Shown here: in pieces, positions 8,297 through 18,450 of the stretch
Position numbering within the stretch: the first letter of the stretch is position 1
Layout of the letters: every line of letters starts with the position of its first letter
From: a virus
Taxonomy: Duplodnaviria; Caudoviricetes
Length of the DNA: 56,426 bases
Reading direction: 5' to 3' (one strand)
Virus record (IMG/VR): IMGVR_UViG_3300045733_000287
Location: 1 to 56,426 of that record
Translations under genes and position numbers: made by a program
Notes under the pieces: generated by a model
Told to the model about the DNA's origin: nothing
The model's database searches: none
What the model saw: the letters and a program-made list of their open reading frames with translations, nothing else

Positions 8297-8326
8297 AAAC
8301 CTAACTAACCCTAATATGAAAAAACC

Positions 8327-9058
8327 CTATTTTATCAGTAATTGATGCCCGGCCTCAAATATGACAGCTCCTGCGAGCATGTGAAACCAGGTCTTATTAT
8401 AAAAATGTTTGTCTTCTTTAACAATCAGGATATCCATTGAATTAATCTTTAGGTAAGGATTCTGACTGGTAAATATTCCAACCGGTTTAGTTTTTAAAAA
8501 CCCTGCCTTAACATAGCCTATTGACATTTCACCCGACACCGGGACCTGAAGATCAAACCATGCCGTTCTATTCTGATTCATCCCGGCATTAAGAGAAAGG
8601 AATTTCTCATTGATTTTAAGCAACTGAAAAGGAATCCGCACATAATCCCGTGCAACGCCCGAAGTGTCCTTAATCGTTATAAAAACCGTATTAGGCGGCA
8701 ATTTTAACAATGAGTCCTGTCGGTGAACAACCCCGGTTAATTCTGCATTCGTTACAAGCTCTTTAATATGCAATGCTTTCAGCCTTTCGTTTTCAAGAAT
8801 CTGGACTTTTAATGCATCTTCTTTACTCAGAATGATAGCATCTTTTGTCGTCACGGTGTAATTCAATCCTTCAATAGTTACAAATGACTGCTTAACACTG
8901 TCTCTGGCTGCAATTAAATTGCCTAATATAGTATCCCTTTCTTCCCGAGTGCTGCACTTACCCAGAAGAAAAGAGATCGTTAAGCAGGCCAATATTAAGC
9001 CTGCAATGATTACGCCCTTTTTGATCTTCAACCAGAATGCCAATAGTTTTGTTTTCAT
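8327..9058 (-). CDS. Membrane-anchored lysis accessory protein (spanin-like)
   Basis: N-terminal hydrophobic segment with LLGKC, C-terminal hydrophobic tail; follows holin and endolysin. Confidence 0.55.
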   Translation of the reverse strand: MKTKLLAFWLKIKKGVIIAGLILACLTISFLLGKCSTREERDTILGNLIAARDSVKQSFVTIEGLNYTVTTKDAIILSKEDALKVQILENERLKALHIKELVTNAELTGVVHRQDSLLKLPPNTVFITIKDTSGVARDYVRIPFQLLKINEKFLSLNAGMNQNRTAWFDLQVPVSGEMSIGYVKAGFLKTKPVGIFTSQNPYLKINSMDILIVKEDKHFYNKTWFHMLAGAVIFEAGHQLLIK

Positions 9059-9327
9059 GCCTGGGTTTCTTTCTTAACCGTTTCTTCAGTAGTTTTTGTG
9101 CTGGTAGTTTTCATACCACTAAAAAACTCAGCCGTTACCGCACCAATACAGAATAATATCACTCCGATTGTTGCGTAAAGAATCTGAGGATCAATTTCTG
9201 AACCTGCAATGTCCGCTTTTACTTGCATGTAAAAGATGAAAGTAAAAATGTATAATACAAGTCTTTTACTACTTGCTGAGCCTGCCTGATCTTCAAGCAA
9301 ACCGCCAAACCATTTGATTAATTTCAT
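9055..9327 (-). CDS. Holin
   Basis: SSKR motif, two TM segments, charged tail. Confidence 0.7.
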   Translation of the reverse strand: MKLIKWFGGLLEDQAGSASSKRLVLYIFTFIFYMQVKADIAGSEIDPQILYATIGVILFCIGAVTAEFFSGMKTTSTKTTEETVKKETQA

Positions 9328-9339
9328 AATTTTAAATAT

Positions 9340-9864
9340 TTAAGGATTTACTAATGTTACTTTTTGTCCTGTGTCGCGGCTATCAATATGAAGCCATGCT
9401 ACATTCCTCTCAAGTCTGAATGGATGTGGCACTTGTACTTGGTTCTTAACAAGCCATAATCGTACTTCTTCAGGTGTGCGGCCCTGAATACCACCGTCTG
9501 TTCCCTGCCCTGTAAAGTGAGGAGAAACATATATTATGCCCGCCTGTGTCTTTGATAGGTTTAGGTTGCAGAAATTACATCTTAATCCACGCTCGTCTAA
9601 TAACCCATGTGGCTCAGGCGGCAATAAATCAAGCTTTATTGACTTACCTGATTCAATCATTTCCTTTAATGCAAGAATATAATCAGATTCCCGGTGATCT
9701 TCATACCAGTTATTCACGAACATTGGGCCCATCTTTGTCCTCACCCAATCAATATTAATAAGTTGTTTCTGATCAAAGAACTGCCATGCAATTTCTCCAT
9801 ACTTGTAATAAATATGTGGACAGACAATCTCTTCGAGATTAAAATAAATAGGTTTATTTATCAT
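9340..9864 (-). CDS. Endolysin, peptidase M15-like
   Basis: R...SPHFTGQGTD...WLHIDSR Zn-peptidase pattern. Confidence 0.75.
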   Translation of the reverse strand: MINKPIYFNLEEIVCPHIYYKYGEIAWQFFDQKQLINIDWVRTKMGPMFVNNWYEDHRESDYILALKEMIESGKSIKLDLLPPEPHGLLDERGLRCNFCNLNLSKTQAGIIYVSPHFTGQGTDGGIQGRTPEEVRLWLVKNQVQVPHPFRLERNVAWLHIDSRDTGQKVTLVNP

Positions 9865-10181
9865 TGTGCGCTTCCTTTCATTCGTATCCCAACTATATGC
9901 TGATCAAACTTACCCTCAATTCTATCTAATGAATTATAAATTCTTTCCATATCTATTTTATCAGCTTTTGTCTCTTTTATTTCCTTTATTTCCTTATCCT
10001 TCTCTTTTATAGCAGTTTTATTTTCAACCGCTATCGTTTGAAGTGTTTCGATCTGTTGGACCCGTTTCCCTGCTGAAAATGAACCCGAAGCAATGCCTCC
10101 AATTGCACCACCAAGTAATGGGACTATGAAAAGTATAACCCATTTCGGCATACTGATTTTTTCACTCTTATCTATTGTCAT
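9861..10181 (-). CDS. Single-TM coiled-coil protein (holin/antiholin-like)
   Basis: One TM segment then LDRIEGKFD coiled coil; upstream of the endolysin. Confidence 0.55.
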   Translation of the reverse strand: MTIDKSEKISMPKWVILFIVPLLGGAIGGIASGSFSAGKRVQQIETLQTIAVENKTAIKEKDKEIKEIKETKADKIDMERIYNSLDRIEGKFDQHIVGIRMKGSAQ

Positions 10182-10206
10182 ATCGTTATTTATAAATCAT
10201 CACAAA

Positions 10207-11490
10207 TTAATATTCAATACAAGCCTTTGCAGCACTATTGGTATGTTCATACTGACTAACAATCATTACTGTATTTTGCCAGCCGAACCCGATATTTGAT
10301 GAAGTAAGGCCTATTTCTGCAGATGCCTTATTACTCCAAACGACATCAACATTCGTATCCGTAGGAGCTGCTTCGTAATACGTATAAGACCCTCCACCAT
10401 TATCAGTGATATTGAATATTAATCCTCCCATTGGCCCCGTATCTCTTAAGGCATATTGCCCAACTGATCCGTTAAATTTCCTTGCAGGTCTTACACTATA
10501 TGCAGTATTTTTTGTTTGTACTGACGGATAAAGTCCGATATGAAATTTTAGACAAGTTGCTGTCGTTGCGGATGCCTCTGTTGAACTCCAATAATACCAA
10601 TCAGCTTGGAAGTCTCCCACGCCATACCAAAATAGTTCTGTAAACATTGCGAATAATTCACTAGAGGAAGGCAGGAACCAACCCCCCGCTGGTATTTCTT
10701 CCGTAGCAGCATACCCTGTTACAAAATCTGAATAACATGATGCGGCGTAAGTTCTTATTTTATAATAATAAGTCGTCCCGGGTGCCAAACCCCCATCAAT
10801 GTATCTTATCGCATTTGGAGTAGTCGTTTTAATTAATTCCCAGTCATTAACACCATCAGGCGAGCGATATATTTCAAATCCAATTTCATCCCAAGAATTA
10901 TCAAACCACGTCCATTCCATTTGAAAATATCGCTGGTCATTAACACCAAAACCCTCAGGAGGACGACAAGTTGATCCATAATTTCTAAAGTTTAAAAGGC
11001 TATTGCTAACATTACTGCCATCTATAAAATGATATTGCGGATAATATAAATAATCGAACTTATCTCCAACCTCAAAACATCTCGCCAAGTCCATTGTATA
11101 TGATGCCTGAGTAATTGTTGTGGCTGTACTGCCTGTTCCGTCTATTGTAGCCGGACTAAAAGACACGCCCGGAGTATTGCCGGTGAACGTACAAACGCCA
11201 CCTCCACTGTTCGCTAAAGTGACACCCGGGTAACTTGTTGAATATGATGTAACGAAATTGGCTACCGTTGTGGCTGCATTGGTATTCCAGATCATTGCAT
11301 GAGAACCGCCGTTACAAGTGACCGTGCAGTTAGCAGGATAGCCGCTCTTTGTTACCTGATCAACTTGAGCAACCGCATCCGGCCTGACAGTATTGGCAAC
11401 ATTAAAGAGGGAAAACGTCTCAGTATTTGGCACCTGAGCAAATGAGCTCAGGCAAAATAAAAGTGATAATATTAGTAGCTTACTTCTCAT
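10207..11490 (-). CDS. Signal-peptide protein with FN3 and DUF1566/Lcl C-type-lectin-like domain (putative adhesin)
   Basis: W.DNS..E.GFEIYRS..Y.D.GL.PGTTYYYKIR (FN3); WFLPS..EL, YWSSTE, VRPARKF. Confidence 0.75.
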   Translation of the reverse strand: MRSKLLILSLLFCLSSFAQVPNTETFSLFNVANTVRPDAVAQVDQVTKSGYPANCTVTCNGGSHAMIWNTNAATTVANFVTSYSTSYPGVTLANSGGGVCTFTGNTPGVSFSPATIDGTGSTATTITQASYTMDLARCFEVGDKFDYLYYPQYHFIDGSNVSNSLLNFRNYGSTCRPPEGFGVNDQRYFQMEWTWFDNSWDEIGFEIYRSPDGVNDWELIKTTTPNAIRYIDGGLAPGTTYYYKIRTYAASCYSDFVTGYAATEEIPAGGWFLPSSSELFAMFTELFWYGVGDFQADWYYWSSTEASATTATCLKFHIGLYPSVQTKNTAYSVRPARKFNGSVGQYALRDTGPMGGLIFNITDNGGGSYTYYEAAPTDTNVDVVWSNKASAEIGLTSSNIGFGWQNTVMIVSQYEHTNSAAKACIEY

Positions 11491-14400
11491 GTCTCTTTCC
11501 TTTTTTGTAAAAATACCAGTCCCTTTTTACCTGCCTGTCATTTGCCTTTTCAAGTTCTGATACTCTGTTTTCAAGTTCTGCTATTTTGATAACAAGCAAT
11601 TCTATATAATTAACTGACTTTATCCCTGCTCTATCTGTTCTGACTAATTCCGGTGCGATTAATTCCAAGTCCTGAGCGATGACCCCATAATGAACAGTCT
11701 TTAGATCTGATTTCATATTGAATTGAATAAAATCAATCTTGTCAAAATGTGGCAAGTCATTAATTGACCTAATATTTGTTTTGAGCCGTCTGTCTGATAA
11801 TTGAAAGTTTGTTGCTGTGACAATATGAGCCCCCATGTTCAAATCAGTCGTTGCCCCGGTATAAGGAACCAACCCGCTCAGACTTTGATCTCCTGAGTTT
11901 GTGCCTGTCAATCCTAAATCAGTTTTCAGAGTTGCCAGTGAATTGACTTCAGGAGCACCCGCCCCGGCTGTTTTCCTGTATATAAGTGAAGCAGTTGCCA
12001 TGTTGGCCATTTTAGCAAGCGTGACAGAGGCATTGGCAATTGTAAGGGCTGTTGATCCGGTAACGTCCCCCGTGTGTGTGGCATTACCCGTTACACTTGC
12101 AGAGCTCACCCATGCCGTACCGTTAGAAGTAAGAACATAACCGGACGTGCCGGGCGTTATTGTGCTATACGTTCCTGATCCTGTTCTGACCATTGCACCG
12201 TTTGCAGCAAAATCAGCATCGACAAGAGCCGTTCCAAGTGATGTTAGATAAGTGCTATTATCATAACTTACTGTCGTCCCGCTTACCTTAACAAAACCGG
12301 TGCCATTCAATGTTGCCTGAACAGGCGTCCATGATCTGGCTCCTATACTTGTTGATGTTAAGACATAACCTGTGACGGCAGGATTACCAAGAGCATCTTC
12401 TTTTGAGTCCCAATATGCTTTATCTCCTGCTGTTACATGCTTAACAGCATCGCTTATATGTGTATATGCTGCATCCCAATTAGCGTTAGTGCAGTTAGTT
12501 AATGTTCCGCTTGTCGGGGTTCCTAAAATTGGAGTCACTAGAGTTGGTGAGGTTGCCCGCACAGGTGCGCCCGACCCTGTTGCTGTCGTCCAAACCGGAG
12601 CAGCGGCACCGCCTCCGACAAGAACAGTAGTAGTTGCCCCGGCGGCCAATGCTGCATAAGCGTTATCAGCCGTGCCATATATAAGAGTGCCAGCCGCTTC
12701 TATTAATCCTGAGATACTTGTTAATGAAGCATGTAACGGCTGAATTCCTGCCTCGACAAGTGTGTTATTTACCCATGCTGAGCCGTTCCATTTAAGCAAT
12801 TCACCGCTTGAATTAGTTGTAATAGTTACATTTGAATGACCGTCTAATGTGTGATTTGCACCCATTCCGGCACTTGTCCAAGAAGTACCATTTGAAAGTA
12901 ATACATTTCCTGTCGTACCGGGTGCAACAAATGAAGGAGATCCCGACCCCTGACCAATTATAACACTTTCATCTGTTAAGGTTGTTAGCCCCGTGCCTCC
13001 CTGCGGAGTAGTCACCGGGTCATGATCAGTAAGCACGTTTGCCGAAGCATGCGGAAATGTCATGGTCGTGCCGTCCGTTCCGTCTAAAGTTAATGTATGT
13101 AAAGATGTAAATGTTTTCCCGGCTGTTATAGTTAAGGTATTTGTTCCATTATTAGTAATTGCTAACCCATTAAATAACGGAGAAATTAATGAAGTACCAA
13201 AATAACCCGTCCGCGGACGTGTTGCCCCACTTGCTCCAATATCATAGGTATTGTCTGTAAATGTTATATTACCATTGACAACTTGATTGCCGGTGAATGT
13301 TTGACCGGCATCTGTCCGGGCCAGAGTGGCATTCGCATTTGGTAATGTGAACGTTTTTTCAGCCGTTGTCGGGCCGGAAAACTTTGTAAAGCCATTTCCT
13401 GTGCCTCCGTATGTTGATGCGATTATCTGAGTAAGAGCCGCCGAACCGTTAAAGTTATTGCCGTAAATTGCACGTGTAGTGGTTAATGTAGCTGCACTAC
13501 CAGTTGTGTTTTGATTCCAAGTCGGAACGGCGATGGACTGCCAAATAGTACCATTGCTAACCATTAAGTTATTCGCATTGCCGGGGGCGACAACTTCCGC
13601 TTTTGAGTTCCATGCCGTTCTTTCAGCAGCAGAAATATGAACATCTGTACCGCCTGCAATACAAGCATGTGTATAAGCGGCATCCCAAAATCCATTTTCT
13701 GCAACTGAAACATGGACAGAATTTCCGCCGGCAATTTGACTATGAGTATAAGCGGCGTTCCATTGCGTTGATGTACCGTCAGTTGCTGTTATTACTCCAT
13801 TAACATCTAACTTTGTCCCGGGATTATTAGTCCCGATGCCAAAATTACCTGATTTAAAACGGGCGATTTCAGTAGTATAATTTACAAACCGAAGATCAAA
13901 ACTTCCACCTGATGAGTAATCTGTTTTTATAAATGAACCTGTTGCATCAGCACCGAGATAAAGAGAATTTTTTCTTGTGACATCATCCGTGCTTTCCATA
14001 GCTTTAATACCGCCATCCGAATGAACCTGCAGTTTACTTGTTGGGCTTGCAGTACCGATACCAACATTTCCGCCATTAAAATAACTACCTCCTGATGCAT
14101 TTATTAAAACATTTAACGCATTTGAAACGTCATACATGAAAAATTGAGAGTTGCCGCTGACATTTTCCCTGAACTTGAATAAATAATTAGTATTGGCGCT
14201 ATTGATCCCAGCGTATAAATCATTTGAAACGCCAGCCGATTTAACGGTAGGTAGTCCGGTAAATGCAGGACTTGCCGACATTGCAAAAGTTGATCCTGTT
14301 CCAGTCTGTGAGGCTATTGAAGTGGCATTACCGACGGAGGTTATCGGGCCCGTTAGATTAACGGATATTGAAACAGGGATTTTATCCCATGTAGCACCGT

Positions 14401-15142
14401 TATACATCATTTGATCACCTACCGCAAGAGTGACATTTCCGGAATGAGTATCAACTGTTCCGGCGACTGTGCAAGTATAATAATCACCCAGAGTGCCAGT
14501 ACCGTCTGTCAGTGCCGGTGAGCCATGACCGCCACCGCTTGCATCATAAGCCCCTTTGTATTGTGCCGAAGAAGTAACGGAAGTCCATTCACCCGCTCCT
14601 GTGGTGGCATTGGTGCATTTCCAAAAATAACCAACCGTAGCGCTTGTGGGTATATTAATTGCCGGAGTTGTAATTTTAGTCGTGAATGTCGGATTATCAA
14701 CCGGAGCCTTTAAAGCCAACTGATCATATGTTAATTTTGCAGATGGATATTCCGTATCTGTGGAACTGCCTGAAATTGAAGTAACTTTATTTGACTTATC
14801 TTCTTTTAGTGTTCCTTTATAAACAGAAAAATAGCCTTTATTAACAATTGAATCCGTCTTTAATTTATAAATAGAAACATTGACAGTATCTCTGTTATCA
14901 ACCCTTGCAAAAGTAGTATCAGAACCAACTATGTCAGTTATAAGTGTCCACCATATCTGACCTCTTGGTAATTTTGACCACCCATAAGTAGTGCCTTTAT
15001 ACATCCAAATTGTACTATCAGGAGTATAGAATTTAAACGAGTAAGTCGGTAGTGACTTAAAATTAACCCCTGTCGGGGGGACGTCCTGAGATTTTGTCAG
15101 AATGGATATAAAAAGAAATAAGATTATTAAAAGTTTTTTCAT
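11480..15142 (-). CDS. Tail fibre with C-terminal peptidase S74 intramolecular chaperone
   Basis: G/T/S-rich body; GNVGIGT repeats; LSDRRLKTNI..GVIAQDLE..PELV..VNY then coiled coil. Confidence 0.85.
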   Translation of the reverse strand: MKKLLIILFLFISILTKSQDVPPTGVNFKSLPTYSFKFYTPDSTIWMYKGTTYGWSKLPRGQIWWTLITDIVGSDTTFARVDNRDTVNVSIYKLKTDSIVNKGYFSVYKGTLKEDKSNKVTSISGSSTDTEYPSAKLTYDQLALKAPVDNPTFTTKITTPAINIPTSATVGYFWKCTNATTGAGEWTSVTSSAQYKGAYDASGGGHGSPALTDGTGTLGDYYTCTVAGTVDTHSGNVTLAVGDQMMYNGATWDKIPVSISVNLTGPITSVGNATSIASQTGTGSTFAMSASPAFTGLPTVKSAGVSNDLYAGINSANTNYLFKFRENVSGNSQFFMYDVSNALNVLINASGGSYFNGGNVGIGTASPTSKLQVHSDGGIKAMESTDDVTRKNSLYLGADATGSFIKTDYSSGGSFDLRFVNYTTEIARFKSGNFGIGTNNPGTKLDVNGVITATDGTSTQWNAAYTHSQIAGGNSVHVSVAENGFWDAAYTHACIAGGTDVHISAAERTAWNSKAEVVAPGNANNLMVSNGTIWQSIAVPTWNQNTTGSAATLTTTRAIYGNNFNGSAALTQIIASTYGGTGNGFTKFSGPTTAEKTFTLPNANATLARTDAGQTFTGNQVVNGNITFTDNTYDIGASGATRPRTGYFGTSLISPLFNGLAITNNGTNTLTITAGKTFTSLHTLTLDGTDGTTMTFPHASANVLTDHDPVTTPQGGTGLTTLTDESVIIGQGSGSPSFVAPGTTGNVLLSNGTSWTSAGMGANHTLDGHSNVTITTNSSGELLKWNGSAWVNNTLVEAGIQPLHASLTSISGLIEAAGTLIYGTADNAYAALAAGATTTVLVGGGAAAPVWTTATGSGAPVRATSPTLVTPILGTPTSGTLTNCTNANWDAAYTHISDAVKHVTAGDKAYWDSKEDALGNPAVTGYVLTSTSIGARSWTPVQATLNGTGFVKVSGTTVSYDNSTYLTSLGTALVDADFAANGAMVRTGSGTYSTITPGTSGYVLTSNGTAWVSSASVTGNATHTGDVTGSTALTIANASVTLAKMANMATASLIYRKTAGAGAPEVNSLATLKTDLGLTGTNSGDQSLSGLVPYTGATTDLNMGAHIVTATNFQLSDRRLKTNIRSINDLPHFDKIDFIQFNMKSDLKTVHYGVIAQDLELIAPELVRTDRAGIKSVNYIELLVIKIAELENRVSELEKANDRQVKRDWYFYKKGKRHEK

Positions 15143-15825
15143 GATTTCGATATTAAAATATACCCGGTTAGTTCTTCCTGTAAATCAAAAAATATAGTGT
15201 CAATCAACCCGTCAACTTTAGTAAATTGTGGCATTTGTTGGAGTTGGTATTCGGTATTTGCATCAACTGTAATTATACACCTGACACCTGGATTTTCTCC
15301 GAAGTCTTCCGCATAATTCAGAGTTTTAGCAGCATCTTCAGGGTCAACTTGTTCAACCTGATAGTCTTCTATAATTGGTTGTAATAAAGCTGTAAATGGT
15401 ACCTTTTTTACATTCGCATCATTTCCCCAAAGAAGTGCCATTTCGTATTTATGAAGATTTGCAAGAGCCAAGACAGGGTGAAGATTCTGAAGATTGTCGG
15501 GAGCCAGATAAAGACCCCTGCCTTTAAATACTGATTTATAGATTATTGCTGTCTGCCCGGCTGTCGGACATTTACCAGTGCGGAAATCATCAGATACATC
15601 AACCGTATTAGTATCAACTGCAATGATCGAATAAGGAACCCCAACGTAATCAATAAGATAATAACCTATTTCCTTTTGATTTGCTCCGGGGTTATTTGTG
15701 TCAATTGCTTTTACGGTTAGTCGATAAGTAGCTGCATCCTGTACCGTTTCTCTTGTAAGTTGGAAAACATTTAAAGCAAGGGTGCGCCAGGCAACAACGG
15801 GATTATATTTCGAGGCTATACTCAT
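15139..15825 (-). CDS. Tail-region structural protein
   Basis: 228 aa; position in the tail module. Confidence 0.6.
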   Translation of the reverse strand: MSIASKYNPVVAWRTLALNVFQLTRETVQDAATYRLTVKAIDTNNPGANQKEIGYYLIDYVGVPYSIIAVDTNTVDVSDDFRTGKCPTAGQTAIIYKSVFKGRGLYLAPDNLQNLHPVLALANLHKYEMALLWGNDANVKKVPFTALLQPIIEDYQVEQVDPEDAAKTLNYAEDFGENPGVRCIITVDANTEYQLQQMPQFTKVDGLIDTIFFDLQEELTGYILISKS

Positions 15826-16592
15826 TTAAACGTTAAGTTTTGCTGTGCCAAATGATTCTTAATTCTCTTTTCTGCAATATCAAAATACTTTTCATCTTTT
15901 TCCATACAAATATAATTCCGGTTTGTATTTATACAAGCTATTGCAGTAGTGCCACTTCCGGCACAATTATCTAAAACTAAATTCCCTTCATTGGTATAGG
16001 TTTTGATAAGATATTCAAATAAGAGTACGGGTTTTTGAGTGGGGTGGAATCGTTGTTTTTTGAATTGATTATTAACCTCTAATGGAAACTCTAAAATTGA
16101 TTTTGGCATTCTAAGTTCAGTCATATTTATTCTTTGTCGTGATTTTATATTTCCATATACTTCACCCGGCAAAGTCTCAAAATCATAAGAGCGATTAAAC
16201 CTATTAGATTTACGGTTAATTTTAATAGGGTTGTAAATTGGTATGTTTTTATAGAATACTAATATATTTTCATGCTCCTTTATTGGTTGCGTTTTCGCTG
16301 TCATAAAATTACCTCCTCTTTTTTTATCCCAAATCCATTCATATTTAAACATTTTAATATTTGACATTACCAAGGCACTTGTAAAGGGCTGTGAGGCTGT
16401 TAAAACTATTGCACCATTATCTTTAATAACTCGCTTGTATTGTTCCCAAAGAGGCTCAAAAGGTATTATAACATCCCATTTACAGGCAGTAGTTCCATAA
16501 GGCAAATCACAAAGAATCATATCAATACTCTTATCAGGAATTAGTGGCATTAACTCCAAGCAGTCACCAATATATGTTTTATTCAACTTCAT
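15822..16592 (-). CDS. Beta-class N4/N6 DNA methyltransferase
   Basis: DLPYG; HPTQKP; LDNCAGSGTT. Confidence 0.92.
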   Translation of the reverse strand: MKLNKTYIGDCLELMPLIPDKSIDMILCDLPYGTTACKWDVIIPFEPLWEQYKRVIKDNGAIVLTASQPFTSALVMSNIKMFKYEWIWDKKRGGNFMTAKTQPIKEHENILVFYKNIPIYNPIKINRKSNRFNRSYDFETLPGEVYGNIKSRQRINMTELRMPKSILEFPLEVNNQFKKQRFHPTQKPVLLFEYLIKTYTNEGNLVLDNCAGSGTTAIACINTNRNYICMEKDEKYFDIAEKRIKNHLAQQNLTFK

Positions 16593-17266
16593 TATTTAAA
16601 TATCAGTTCAATTCTTATTGCAAGTAATGTCGGAGCAAGTCCTTCAATCAGGACCGTTAATCCGTTTCCAAGTATCCCGGAATATGAGGAGTTGAACGGT
16701 ACTAATAATCTTTCATTTGAGCCGTCAATCTCATATACCTTCACATCAACTATTTTCTTTCCGGTAAGAGTATGGGTAACGAGCAGATTAGTAGTGCTAT
16801 TTGCAGCAATTGTCCATCCAGTTGGATAATCATCGCCTTCAGTAGCAGCTGCCACTCTTGCGGCAACGGTTGTCTGTGCGGTCAGGTCAATTGAATAGAT
16901 ATTAATCGCTCCGGAAGTATTTATAGCGTCTACTGCAGCATCCAGTACATTAACAGCGGCCATAGCTTCAGCCAGTGCATCTTCTACATTAGCGGCATCA
17001 TAAAGATTACCTGTATCATCTATTAAGACCTGTTCTGCATCTTGCAGGCTTCCGGCAGCCAATGCTGTAAGGCTTGCCATATCTTCAGAAAACATGTAAA
17101 TAACCCCGTCAATATTTACCAGTAATCCCGGGCAGCGTGAACCGATTGGAATACCGGCCAGCACTTCGGCTTCATCGGTCCATGGAGCACCTTCATTCAA
17201 ATATCTCTCATCAACCGGGCTTTGAGTGGCTGGAAAAAATCCTATTACAATAGTTCCTGTTGGCAT
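16592..17266 (-). CDS. Tail-region structural protein
   Basis: Acidic Ala-rich 224 aa with NVEDALAE motif. Confidence 0.6.
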   Translation of the reverse strand: MPTGTIVIGFFPATQSPVDERYLNEGAPWTDEAEVLAGIPIGSRCPGLLVNIDGVIYMFSEDMASLTALAAGSLQDAEQVLIDDTGNLYDAANVEDALAEAMAAVNVLDAAVDAINTSGAINIYSIDLTAQTTVAARVAAATEGDDYPTGWTIAANSTTNLLVTHTLTGKKIVDVKVYEIDGSNERLLVPFNSSYSGILGNGLTVLIEGLAPTLLAIRIELIFK

Positions 17267-17268
17267 GG

Positions 17269-18450
17269 CTAAAACTTATAAATTACTGTAAATGCTGTTA
17301 CTGAAGCTAATCGCTTCAAAGTGTATATCGTATAACTAACCGGGCTGCCTTCAACTGTAAAAACATAAGTTGATTTTGCAAATCCTGAGATTATTTCAAA
17401 CCCAGAAGGATCCAGAATACTCGTTAAGTCTCCGAATGTAGCCGGGTAAGCAAAGCAGAACCGGGCATCGGTCATTGTGTATTCTAATGTCTGATCTTCT
17501 TTGACCGCATCAATCGGAGTGATTAACTTAACTTCAGTGTCATTTGGTGCGGCACTTGTGACTATTCCGACATACATCGGCGTTCCGGCAATTGGTGGAG
17601 CGGTAACGCCTTCGGATATTCCTATACTATCAACATTTATTCCGATTGCATTTTTCTGAGTTAATTTCATAGAAATCTGATATAATGTGCTGCCGCCAAA
17701 TCGATCCTGCGATATTTCTCCTGATTTGATATACTGAACACCATTGACCATAAATATGTCAAGGCTTGAAGCCATTCCGAGACGTGCTGCCATGTAATCA
17801 GGAATTCCGCCAGTCTTTAGTACCCTTCCGGAATAAAATACTGCAGATAGTATTGTTTTGCTTTGAGATCCTTCAAGTACTTCGCTTTCGTCCGTATCAT
17901 TCGGATCAATATCAATTGCATCAATAAAGAAGTCAAGGTATTTGCCGGTACTTGTAAGAATTGACCAGTCTATAAACCTGTCATCAAGATCTGATTCGAT
18001 CCTGTCAAGGTTGGTATATTTGATATATTTTACGGTCCCTTTTGCAAGTTCCGCTGTAAGATCATAAACATAAACTGGCTCGCTTGTTAAAACATCTGAT
18101 CCCTGAGTTGCTTTGAAATATACTTTCTTATCATAATATGCAGAATCTAAGTTAATTACAAAATTGGTGTAATACCTGATATCAGAACTGCCATAACTTT
18201 TATCGTATGATTCTGTAATTGATTCAATTTCAGTAGTTCCGCAATATGATTTCAGAACAATATCAGTTGCCGCATCGGATTCAAACTGAAGGTATAAGAC
18301 ATGATCTTTGTTAAACTTCTGATAATAAGGCATTACTTTATTATTTCCCTGATACCTATTAGCATGAAGCGTGTTCCACATGTTCGGGTAAGTGTTCGAC
18401 GTTGGAACATTTTTAAAAGTGATGCTATTTAAAATCGAACTGGCTATCAT
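17269..18450 (-). CDS. Tail tip / baseplate protein
   Basis: Second gene after the tape measure; beta-rich. Confidence 0.55.
   Translation of the reverse strand: MIASSILNSITFKNVPTSNTYPNMWNTLHANRYQGNNKVMPYYQKFNKDHVLYLQFESDAATDIVLKSYCGTTEIESITESYDKSYGSSDIRYYTNFVINLDSAYYDKKVYFKATQGSDVLTSEPVYVYDLTAELAKGTVKYIKYTNLDRIESDLDDRFIDWSILTSTGKYLDFFIDAIDIDPNDTDESEVLEGSQSKTILSAVFYSGRVLKTGGIPDYMAARLGMASSLDIFMVNGVQYIKSGEISQDRFGGSTLYQISMKLTQKNAIGINVDSIGISEGVTAPPIAGTPMYVGIVTSAAPNDTEVKLITPIDAVKEDQTLEYTMTDARFCFAYPATFGDLTSILDPSGFEIISGFAKSTYVFTVEGSPVSYTIYTLKRLASVTAFTVIYKF

Noticed and set aside
10470-10600. Diversity-generating retroelement targeting the DUF1566-like domain
   Set aside because: No reverse transcriptase ORF and no second, adenine-variant copy of this segment was seen
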